Shown here: one piece after another, positions 22,501 through 34,500 of the stretch
How positions within the stretch are numbered: position 1 is the first letter of the stretch
Layout: the number at the start of each line of letters is the position of its first letter
DNA from: Yuukianura sp. NJ FZ-2021
Lineage: Eukaryota
DNA: 64,000 nt
Direction of reading: 5' to 3'
Assembly: GCA_046563655.1 (NCBI GenBank)
Contig: CM102283.1
Span: 5,084,001 to 5,148,000, forward strand
Translations under genes and position numbers: made by a program
The notes under the pieces: generated by a model
What the model was told of the DNA's origin: nothing
The model's database searches: none
The model's input: the letters and a program-made list of their open reading frames with translations, nothing else

Positions 22501-25500
22501 TTCCGAGGCAAAATATCGGAGTGCAATTTTCAGTTCTCAGATAGCTCAGAATGACTTTTTGGGGAGTTTTGAATGAAAAAAATTGATTTTTTGACAAAAA
22601 TTGAGCTTGGTTCACTTCAGATGGGCTTTCAGAAGCAAAATATCGGAGTGCAATTTTCAGTTCTCAGATAGCTCAGAATGACTTTTTGGGGAGTTTTGAA
22701 TGAAAAAAATGGATTTTTTGACAAAATTGAGCTTGGTTCACTTCAGATGGGCTTTCAGAAGCAAAATTACGGAGTGCAATTTTCAGTTCTCAGATAGCTC
22801 AGAATGACTTTTTGGGGAGTTTTGAATGAAAAAAATGAATTTTTTGACAAAAAGTGAGATTGGTTCACTTCAGATGGGCTTTCCGAGGCAAAATATCGGA
22901 GTGCAATTTTCAGTTCTCAGATAGCTCAGAATGACTTTTTGGGGAGTTTTCAATGAAAAAAATGGATTTTTTGACAAAATTGAGCTTGGTTCACTTCAGA
23001 TGGGCTTTCAGAAGCAAAATTACGGAGTGCAATTTTCAGTTCTCAGATAGCTCAGAATGACTTTTTGGGGAGTTTTGAATGAAAAAAATGAATTTTTTGA
23101 CAAAATTGAGATTGGTTCACTTCAGATCTGCTTTCCGAGGCAAAATATCGGAGTGCAATTTTCAGTTCTCAGATAGCTCAGAATGACTTTTGGGGAGTTT
23201 TGAATGAAAAAAATGAATTTTTTGACAAAAATTGAGATTGGTTCACTTCAGATGGGCTTTCAGAAGCAAAATATCGGAGTGCAATTTTCAGTTCTCAGAT
23301 AGCTCAGAATGACTTTTTGGGGAGTTTTCAATGAAAAAAATGAATTTTTTGACAAAAAGTGAGATTGGTTCACTTCAGATGGGCTTTCCGAGGCAAAATA
23401 TCGGAGTGCAATTTTCAGTTCTCAGATAGCTCAGAATGACTTTTTGGGGAGTTTTGAATGAAAAAAATGGATTTTTTGACAAAATTGAGCTTGGTTCACT
23501 TCAGATGGGCTTTCCGAGGCAAAATTACGGAGTGCAATTTTCAGTTCTCAGATAGCTCAGAATGACTTTTTGGGGAGTTTTCAATGAAAAAAATGGATTT
23601 TTTGACAAAATTGAGCTTGGTTCACTTCAGATGGGCTTTCAGAAGCAAAATATCGGAGTGCAATTTTCAGTTCTCAGATAGCTCAGAATGACTTTTTGGG
23701 GAGTTTTGAATGAAAAAAATGAATTTTTTGACAAAAAGTGAGATTGGTTCACTTCAGATGGGCTTTCCGAGGCAAAATATCGGAGTGCAATTTTCAGTTC
23801 TCAGATAGCTCAGAATGACTTTTTGGGGAGTTTTGAATGAAAAAAATGAATTTTTTGACAAAATTGAGATTGGTTGACTTCAGATGGGCTTTCAGAAGCA
23901 AAATATCGGAGTGCAATTTTCAGTTCTCAGATAGCTCAGAATGACTTTTTGGGGAGTTTTCAATGAAAAAAATGGATTTTTTGACAAAATTGAGCTTGGT
24001 TCACTTCAGATGGGCTTTCCGAGGCAAAATATCGGAGTGCAATTTTCAGTTCTCAGATAGCTCAGAATGACTTTTTGGGGAGTTTTGAATGAAAAAAATG
24101 AATTTTTTGACAAAATTGAGATTGGTTCACTTCAGATGGGCATTCCGAGGCAAAATATCGGAGTGCAATTTTCAGTTCTCAGATAGCTCAGAATGACTTT
24201 TTGGGGAGTTTTCAATGAAAAAAATGGATTTTTTGACAAAATTGAGCTTGGTTCACTTCAGATGGGCTTTCCGAGGCAAAATTACGGAGAGCAATTTTCA
24301 GTTCTCAGATAGCTCAGAATGACATTTTGGGGAGTTATTAATGAAAAAAAATGAATTTTTTGACAAAAATTGAGCTTGGTTCACTTCAGATGGGCTTTCC
24401 GAGGCAAAATATCGGAGTGCAATTTTCAGTTCTCAGATAGCTCAGAATGACTTTTTGGGGAGTTTTGAATGAAAAAAATGGATTTTTTGACAAAAATTGA
24501 GATTGGTTCACTTCAGATGGGCTTTCCGAGGCAAAATATCGGAGTGCAATTTTCAGTTCTCAGATAGCTCAGAATGACTTTTTGGGGAGTTTTGAATGAA
24601 AAAAAATAATTTTTTGACAAAATTGAGATTGGTTCACTTCAGATCTGCTTTCCGAGGCAAAATATCGGAGTGCAATTTTCAGTTCTCAGATAGCTCAGAA
24701 TGACTTTTTGGGGAGTTTTGAATGAAAAAAATGAATTTTTTGACAAAATTGAGATTGGTTCACTTCAGATCTGCTTTCCGAGGCAAAATATCGGAGTGCA
24801 ATTTTCAGTTCTCAGATAGCTCAGAATGACTTTTTGGGGAGTTTTGAATGAAAAAAATGAATTTTTTGACAAAATTGAGATTGGTTCACTTCAGATCTGC
24901 TTTCCGAGGCAAAATATCGGAGTGCAATTTTCAGTTCTCAGATAGCTCAGAATGACTTTTTGGGGAGTTTTGAATGAAAAAAATGAATTTTTTGACAAAA
25001 TTGAGATTGGTTCACTTCAGATGGGCTTTCCGAGGCAAAATATCGGAGTGCAATTTTCAGTTCTCAGATAGCTCAGAATGACTTTTTGGGGAGTTTTGAA
25101 TGAAAAAAATGAATTTTTTGACAAAAAGTGAGATTGGTTCACTTCAGATGGGCTTTCCGAGGCAAAATATCGGAGTGCAATTTTCAGTTCTCAGATAGCT
25201 CAGAATGACTTTTTGGGGAGTTTTGAATGAAAAAAATGGATTTTTTGACAAAATTGAGCTTGGTTCACTTCAGATGGGCTTTCAGAAGCAAAATATCGGA
25301 GTGCAATTTTCAGTTCTCAGATAGCTCAGAATGACTTTTGGGGAGTTTTGAATGAAAAAAATGAATTTTTTGACAAAATTGAGCTTGGTTCACTTCAGAT
25401 GGGCTTTCCGAGGCAAAATATCGGAGTGCAATTTTCAGTTCTCAGATAGCTCAGAATGACTTTTTGGGGAGTTTTGAATGAAAAAAATGGATTTTTTGAC

Positions 25501-28500
25501 AAAATTGAGCTTGGTTCACTTCAGATGGGCTTTCAGAAGCAAAATTACGGAGTGCAATTTTCAGTTCTCAGATAGCTCAGAATGACTTTTTGGGGAGTTT
25601 TGAATGAAAAAAATGAATTTTTTGACAAAATTGAGATTGGTTCACTTCAGATGGGCTTTCCGAGGCAAAATATCGGAGTGCAATTTTCAGTTCTCAGATA
25701 GCTCAGAATGACTTTTTGGGGAGTTTTGAATGAAAAAAATGGATTTTTTGACAAAATTGAGCTTGGTTCACTTCAGATGGGCTTTCAGAAGCAAAATTAC
25801 GGAGTGCAATTTTCAGTTCTCAGATAGCTCAGAATGACTTTTTGGGGAGTTTTGAATGAAAAAAATGAATTTTTTGACAAAAAGTGAGATTGGTTCACTT
25901 CAGATGGGCTTTCAGAAGCAAAATTACGGAGTGCAATTTTCAGTTCTCAGATAGCTCAGAATGACTTTTTGGGGAGTTTTGAATGAAAAAAATGAATTTT
26001 TTGACAAAAAGTGAGATTGGTTCACTTCAGATGGGCTTTCCGAGGCAAAATATCGGAGTGCAATTTTCAGTTCTCAGATAGCTCAGAATGACTTTTTGGG
26101 GAGTTTTGAATGAAAAAAATGGATTTTTTGACAAAATTGAGCTTGGTTCACTTCAGATGGGCTTTCAGAAGCAAAATATCGGAGTGCAATTTTCAGTTCT
26201 CAGATAGCTCAGAATGACTTTTTGGGGAGTTTTGAATGAAAAAAATGAATTTTTTGACAAAAAGTGAGATTGGTTCACTTCAGATGGGCTTTCCGAGGCA
26301 AAATTACGGAGTGCAATTTTCAGTTCTCAGATAGCTCAGAATGACATTTTGGGGAGTTTTGAATGAAAAAAATGAATTTTTTGACAAAAAGTGAGATTGG
26401 TTCACTTCAGATGGGCTTTCCGAGGCAAAATATCGGAGTGCAATTTTCAGTTCTCAGATAGCTCAGAATGACTTTTTGGGGAGTTTTGAATGAAAAAAAT
26501 GAATTTTTTGACAAAATTGAGATTGGTTCACTTCAGATGGGCTTTCCGAGGCAAAATATCGGAGTGCAATTTTCAGTTCTCAGATAGCTCAGAATGACTT
26601 TTTGGGGAGTTTTGAATGAAAAAAAATGGATTTTTTGACAAAATTGAGCTTGGTTCACTTCAGATGGGCTTTCCGAGGCAAAATATCGGAGTGCAATTTT
26701 CAGTTCTCAGATAGCTCAGAATGACTTTTTGTGGAGTTTTCAATGAAAAAAATGAATTTTTTGACAAAATTGAGCTTGGTTCACTTCAGATGGGCTTTCA
26801 GAAGCAAAATTACGGAGTGCAATTTTCAGTTCTCAGATAGCTCAGAATGACTTTTTGGGGAGTTTTGAATGAAAAAAATGAATTTTTTGACAAAAATTGA
26901 GCTTGGTTCACTTCAGATGGGCATTCCGAGGCAAAATATCGGAGTGCAATTTTCAGTTCTCAGATAGCTCAGAATGACTTTTTGGGGAGTTTTGAATGAA
27001 AAAAATGAATTTTTTGACAAAATTGAGATTGGTTCACTTCAGATCTGCTTTCCGAGGCAAAATATCGGAGTGCAATTTTCAGTTCTCAGATAGCTCAGAA
27101 TGACTTTTTGGGGAGTTTTGAATGAAAAAAATGAATTTTTTGACAAAAATTGAGATTGGTTCACTTCAGATGGGCATTCCGAGGCAAAATATCGGAGTGC
27201 AATTTTCAGTTCTCAGATAGCTCAGAATGACTTTTTGGGGTCAATAAAAAAAATGGATTTTTTGACAAAATTGAGCTTGGTTCACTTCAGCTGGGCATTC
27301 CGAGGCAAAATATCGGAGTGCAATTTTCAGTTCTCAGGTAGCTCAGAATGACTTTTTGGGGAGTTTTGAATGAAAAAAATGGATTTTTTGACAAAATTGA
27401 GCTTGGTTCACTTCAGATGGGCTTTCAGAAGCAAAATATCGGAGTGCAATTTTCAGTTCTCAGATAGCTCAGAATGACTTTTTGGGGAGTTTTGAATGAA
27501 AAAAATGAATTTTTTGACAAAAAGTGAGATTGGTTCACTTCAGATGGGCTTTCCGAGGCAAAATATCGGAGTGCAATTTTCAGTTCTCAGATAGCTCAGA
27601 ATGACTTTTTGGGGAGTTTTGAATGAAAAAAATGAATTTTTTGACAAAATTGAGATTGGTTCACTTCAGATGGGCTTTCCGAGGCAAAATATCGGAGTGC
27701 AATTTTCAGTTCTCAGATAGCTCAGAATGACTTTTTGGGGAGTTTTGAATGAAAAAAATGAATTTTTTGACAAAAGTGAGATTGGTTCACTTCAGATGGG
27801 CTTTCCGAGGCAAAATTACGGAGTGCAATTTTCAGTTCTCAGATAGCTCAGAATGACTTTTTGGGGAGTTTTGAATGAAAAAAATGAATTTTTTGACAAA
27901 AAGTGAGATTGGTTCACTTCAGATGGGCTTTCCGAGGCAAAATATCGGAGTGCAATTTTCAGTTCTCAGATAGCTCAGAATGACTTTTTGGGGAGTTTTG
28001 AATGAAAAAAATGAATTTTTTGACAAAAATTGAGATTGGTTCACTTCAGATGGGCTTTCCGAGGCAAAATATCGGAGTGCAATTTTCAGTTCTCAGATAG
28101 CTCAGAATGACTTTTTGGGGAGTTTTGAATGAAAAAAATGAATTTTTTGACAAAAAGTGAGATTGGTTCACTTCAGATGGGCTTTCCGAGGCAAAATATC
28201 GGAGTGCAATTTTCAGTTCTCAGATAGCTCAGAATGACTTTTTGGGGAGTTTTGAATGAAAAAAATGAATTTTTTGACAAAAAGTGAGATTGGTTCACTT
28301 CAGATGGGCTTTCCGAGGCAAAATATCGGAGTGCAATTTTCAGTTCTCAGATAGCTCAGAATGACTTTTTGGGGAGTTTTGAATGAAAAAAATGAATTTT
28401 TTGACAAAAAGTGAGCTTGGTTCACTTCAGATGGGCTTTCAGAAGCAAAATTGCAATTTTCAGTTCTCAGATAGCTCAGAATGACTTTTTGGGTAGTTTT

Positions 28501-31500
28501 GAATGAAAAAAATGAATTTTTTGACAAAAAGTGAGATTGGTTCACTTCAGATGGGCTTTCCGAGGCAAAATATCGGAGTGCAATTTTCAGTTCTCAGATA
28601 GCTCAGAATGACTTTTTGGGGAGTTTTGAATGAAAAAAATGAATTTTTTGACAAAAAGTGAGATTGGTTCACTTCAGATGGGCTTTCCGAGGCAAAATAT
28701 CGGAGTGCAATTTTCAGTTCTCAGATAGCTCAGAATGACTTTTTGGGGAGTTTTGAATGAAAAAAATGAATTTTTTGACAAAAATTGAGCTTGGTTCACT
28801 TCAGATGGGCTTTCCGAGGCAAAATATCGGAGTGCAATTTTCAGTTCTCAGATAGCTCAGAATGACTTTTTGGGGAGTTTTGAATGAAAAAAATGAATTT
28901 TTTGACAAAAATTGAGATTGGTTCACTTCAGATGGGCTTTCCGAGGCAAAATATCGGAGTGCAATTTTCAGTTCTCAGATAGCTCAGAATGACTTTTTGG
29001 GGAGTTTTGAATGAAAAAAATGAATTTTTTGACAAAAATTGAGATTGGTTCACTTCAGATGGGTTTTCAGAGGCAAAATTACGGAGTGCAATTTTCAGTT
29101 CTCAGATAGCTCAGAATGTCTTTTTGGGTAGTTTTGAATGAAAAAAAATGAATTTTTTGACAAAAATTGAGCTTAGTTCACTTCAGATGTGCTTTCCGAG
29201 GCAAAATATCGGAGTGCAATTTTCAGTTCTCAGATAGCTCAGAATGACTTTTTGGGGAGTTTTGAATGAAAAAAATGAATTTTTTGACAAAAAGTGAGAT
29301 TGGTTCACTTCAGATGGGCTTTCCGAGGCAAAATATCGGAGTGCAATTTTCAGTTCTCAGATAGCTCAGAATGACTTTTTGGGGAGTTTTGAATGAAAAA
29401 AATGAATTTTTTGACAAAAATTGAGCTTGGTTCACTTCAGATGTGCTTTCCGACGCAAAATATCGGAGTGCAATTTTCAGTTCTCAGATAGCTCAGAATG
29501 ACTTTTTGGGGAGTTTTGAATGAAAAAAATGAATTTTTTGACAAAAAGTGAGATTGGTTCACTTCAGATGGGCTTTCCGAGGCAAAATATCGGAGTGCAA
29601 TTTTCAGTTCTCAGATAGCTCAGAATGACTTTTTGGGGAGTTTTGAATGAAAAAAATGAATTTTTTGACAAAAAGTGAGCTTGGTTCACTTCAGATGGGC
29701 TTTCCGAGGCAAAATATCGGAGTGCAATTTTCAGTTCTCAGATAGCTCAGAATGACTTTTTGGGGAGTTTTGAATGAAAAAAATGAATTTTTTGACAAAA
29801 AGTGAGATTGGTTCACTTCAGATGGGCTTTCCGAGGCAAAATATCGGAGTGCAATTTTCAGTTCTCAGATAGCTCAGAATGATTTTTTGGGGAGTTTTGA
29901 ATGAAAAAAAAATAATTTTTTGACAAAATTGAGCTTGGTTCGCTTCAGATGGGCTTTCCGAGGCAAAATATCGGAGTGCAATTTTCAGTTCTCAGATAGC
30001 TCAGAATGACTTTTTGGGGAGTTTTGAATGAAAAAAATTAATTTTTTGACAAAAATTGAGATTGGTTCACTTCAGATGGGCTTTCCGAGGCAAAATATCG
30101 GAGTGCAATTTTCAGTTCTCAGATAGCTCAGAATGACTTTTTGGGGAGTTTTGAATGAAAAAAAATAATTTTTTGACAAAATTAGATTGGTTCACTTCAG
30201 ATGGGCTTTCAGAGGCAAAATATCGGAGTGCAATTTTCAGTTCTCAGATAGCTCAGAATGACTTTTTGGGTAGTTTTGAATGAAAAAAATGAATTTTTTG
30301 ACAAAAAGTGAGATTGGTTCACTTCAGATGGGCATTCCGAGGCAAAATATCGGAGTGCAATTTTCAGTTCTCAGATAGCTCAGAATGACTTTTTGGGGAG
30401 TTATTAATGAACAAAATTGATTTTTTGACAAAAATTGAGATTGGTTCACTTCAGATGGGCTTTCCGAGGCAAAATATCGGAGTGCAATTTTCAGTTCTCA
30501 GATAGCTCAGAATGACTTTTTGGGGAGTTTTGAATGAAAAAAATGAATTTTTTGACAAAAATTGAGCTTGGTTCACTTCAGATGGGCTTTCCGAGGCAAA
30601 ATATCGGAGTGCAATTTTCAGTTCTCAGATAGCTCAGAATGACTTTTTGGGGAGTTTTGAATGAAAAAAATGAATTTTTTGACAAAAATTGAGCTTGGTT
30701 CACTTCAGATGGGCTTTCCGAGGCAAAATATCGGAGTGCAATTTTCGGTTCTCAGATAGCTCAGAATGACTTTTTGGGGAGTTTTGAATGAAAAAAATGA
30801 ATTTTTTGACAAAAAGTGAGATTGGTTCACTTCAGATGGGCTTTCCGAGGCAAAATATCGGAGTGCAATTTTCAGTTCTCAGATAGCTCAGAATGACTTT
30901 TTGGGGAGTTTTGAATGAAAAAAATGGATTTTTTGACAAAAATTGAGCTTGGTTCACTTCAGATGGGCTTTCCGAGGCAAAATATCGGAGTGCAATTTTC
31001 AGTTCTCAGATAGCTCAGAATGACTTTTTGGGGAGTTTTGAATGAAAAAAATGAATTTTTTGACAAAAAGTGAGCTTGGTTCACTTCAGATGGGCTTTCC
31101 GAGGCAAAATATCGGAGTGCAATTTTCAGTTCTCAGATAGCTCAGAATGACTTTTTGGGGAGTTTTGAATGAAAAAAATTAATTTTTTGACAAAAATTGA
31201 GATTGGTTCACTTCAGATTGGCTTTCAGAGGCAAAATATCGGAGTGCAATTTTCAGTTCTCAAATAGCTCATAATGTCTTTTTGGGGAGTTTTGAATGAA
31301 AAAAATGAATTTTTTGACAAAAATTGAGATTGGTTCACTTCAGATGGGCTTTCCGAGGCAAAATATCGGAGTGCAATTTTCAGTTCTCAGATAGCTCAGA
31401 ATGACTTTTTGGGGAGTTTTGAATGAAAAAAATGAATTTTTTGACAAAAATTGAGCTTGGTTCACTTCAGATGGGCATTCCGAGGCAAAATATCGGAGTG

Positions 31501-34500
31501 CAATTTTCAGTTCTCAGATAGCTCAGAATGACTTTTTGGGTAGTTTTGAATGAAAAAAATGGATTTTTTGACAAAATTGAGCTTGGTTCACTTCAGATGT
31601 GCTTTCCGAGGCAAAATATCGGAGTGCAATTTTCAGTTCTCAGATAGCTCAGAATGACTTTTTGGGGAGTTTTGAATGAAAAAAATGAATTTTTTGACAA
31701 AAATTGAGATTGGTTCACTTCAGATGGGCTTTCCGAGGCAAAATATCGGAGTGCAATTTTCAGTTCTCAGATAGCTCAGAATGACTTTTTGGGGAGTTTT
31801 GAATGAAAAAAATGAATTTTTTGACAAAAATTGAGCTTGGTTCACTTCAGATGGGCTTTCCGAGGCAAAATATCGGAGTGCAATTTTCAGTTCTCAGATA
31901 GCTCAGAATGACTTTTTGGGGAGTTTTGAATGAAAAATATGAATTTTTTGACAAAAAGTGAGATTGGTTCACTTCAGATGGGCTTTCCCGAGGCAAAATA
32001 TTGGAGTGCAATTTTCAGTTCTCAGATAGCTCAGAATGACTTTTTGGGGAGTTTTGAATGAAAAAATGAATTTTTTTTACAAAAATTGAGATTGGTTCAC
32101 TTCAGAAGGTCTTTCCGAGGCAAAATATCGGAGTGCAATTTTCAGTTCTCAGATAGCTCAGAATGACTTTTTGGGGAGTTTTGAATGAAAAAAAATGAAT
32201 TTTTTGACAAAAAGTGAGATTGGTTCACTTCAGATGGGCTTTCCGAGGCAAAATATCGGAGTGCAATTTTCAGTTCTCAGATAGCTCAGAATGACTTTTT
32301 GGGGAGTTTTGAATGAAAAAAATGAATTTTTTGACAAAAATTGAGATAGGTTCACTTCAGATGGGCTTTCCGAGGCAAAATATCGGAGTGCAATTTTCAG
32401 TTCTCAGATAGCTCAGAATGACTTTTTGGGGAGTTTTGAATGAAAAAAATGAATTTTTTGACAAAAATTGAGATTGGTTCACTTCAGATGGGCTTTCCGA
32501 GGCAAAATATCGGAGTGCAATTTTCAGTTCTCAGATAGCTCAGAATGACTTTTTGGGGAGTTTTGAATGAAAAAAATGAATTTTTTGACAAAAATTGAGA
32601 TTGGTTCACTTCAGATGGGCTTTCCGAGGCAAAATATCGGAGTGCAATTTTCAGTTCTCAGATAGCTCAGAATGACTTTTTGGGGAGTTTTGAATGAAAA
32701 AAATTAATTTTTTGACAAAAATTGAGATTGGTTCACTTCAGATGGGCTTTCCGAGGCAAAATATCGGAGTGCAATTTTCAGTTCTCAGATAGCTCAGAAT
32801 GACTTTTTGGGGAGTTTTGAATGAAAAAAATGAATTTTTTGACAAAAAGTTGAGATTGGTTCACTTCAGATGGGCTTTCCGAGGCAAAATATCGGAGTGC
32901 AATTTTCAGTTCTCAGATAGCTCAGAATGACTTTTTGGGGAGTTTTGAATGAAAAAAATGAATTTTTTGACAAAAAGTGAGATTGGTTCACTTCAGATGG
33001 GCTTTCAGAAGCAAAATAGAGGCAAAATATCGGAGTGCAATTTTTAGTTCTCAGATAGCTCAGAATGACTTTTTGGGGAGTTTTGAATGAAAAAAAAATG
33101 AATTTTTTGACAAAAATTGAGCTTGGTTCACTTCAGATGGGCTTTCCGAGGCAAAATATCGGAGTGCAATTTTCAGTTCTCAGATAGCTCAGAATGACTT
33201 TTTGGGGAGTTTTGAATGAAAAAAATGAATTTTTTGACAAAAAGTGAGATTGGTTCACTTCAGATGGGCTTTCAGAAGCAAAATAGAGGCAAAATATCGG
33301 AGTGCAATTTTTAGTTCTCAGATAGCTCAGAATGACTTTTTGGGGAGTTTTGAATGAAAAAAATGAATTTTTTGACAAAAAGTGAGATTGGTTCACTTCA
33401 GATGGGCTTTCCGAGGCAAAATATCGGAGTGCAATTTTCAGTTCTCAGATAGCTCAGAATGACTTTTTGGGGAGCTTTGAATGAAAAAAATGGAATTTTT
33501 TGACAAAAATTGAGATTGGTTCACTTCAGATGGGCTTTCCGAGGCAAAATATCGGAGTGCAATTTTCAGTTCTCAGATAGCTCAGAATGACTTTTTGGGG
33601 AGTTTTGAATGAAAAAAATGAATTTTTTGACAAAAAGTGAGATTGGTTCACTTCAGATGGGCTTTCCGAGGCAAAATATCGGAGTGCAATTTTCAGTTCT
33701 CAGATAGCTCAGAATGACTTTTTGGGGAGTTTTGAATGAAAAAAATGAATTTTTTGACAAAATTGAGCTTGGTTCACTTCAGATGGGCTTTCAGAAGCAA
33801 AATTACGGAGTGCAATTTTCAGTTCTCAGATAGCTCAGAATGACTTTTTGGGGAGTTTTGAATGAAAAAAATGAATTTTTTGACAAAAATTGAGCTTGGT
33901 TCACTTCAGATGGGCTTTCCGAGGCAAAATATCGGAGTGCAATTTTCAGTTCTCAGATAGCTCAGAATGACTTTTTGGGGAGTTTTGAATGAAAAAAATG
34001 GATTTTTTGACAAAAATTGAGATTGGTTCACTTCAGATGGGCTTTCAGAGGCAAAATATCGGAGTGCAATTTTCAGTTCTCAGATAGCTCAGAATGACTT
34101 TTTGGGGAGTTTTGAATGAAAAAAATGAATTTTTTGACAAAAAGTGAGATTGGTTCACTTCAGATGGGCTTTCCGAGGCAAAATATCGGAGTGCAATTTT
34201 CAGTTCTCAGATAGCTCAGAATGACTTTTTGGGGAGTTTTGAATGAAAAAAATGAATTTTTTGACAAAAAGTGAGATTGGTTCACTTCAGATGGGCTTTC
34301 CGAGGCAAAATATCGGAGTGCAATTTTCAGTTCTCAGATAGCTCAGAATGACTTTTTGGGGAGTTTTGAATGAAAAAAATGAATTTTTTGACAAAAATTG
34401 AGCTTGGTTCACTTCAGATGGGCTTTCCGAGGCAAAATATCGGAGTGCAATTTTCAGTTCTCAGATAGCTCAGAATGACTTTTTGGGGAGTTTTGAATGA

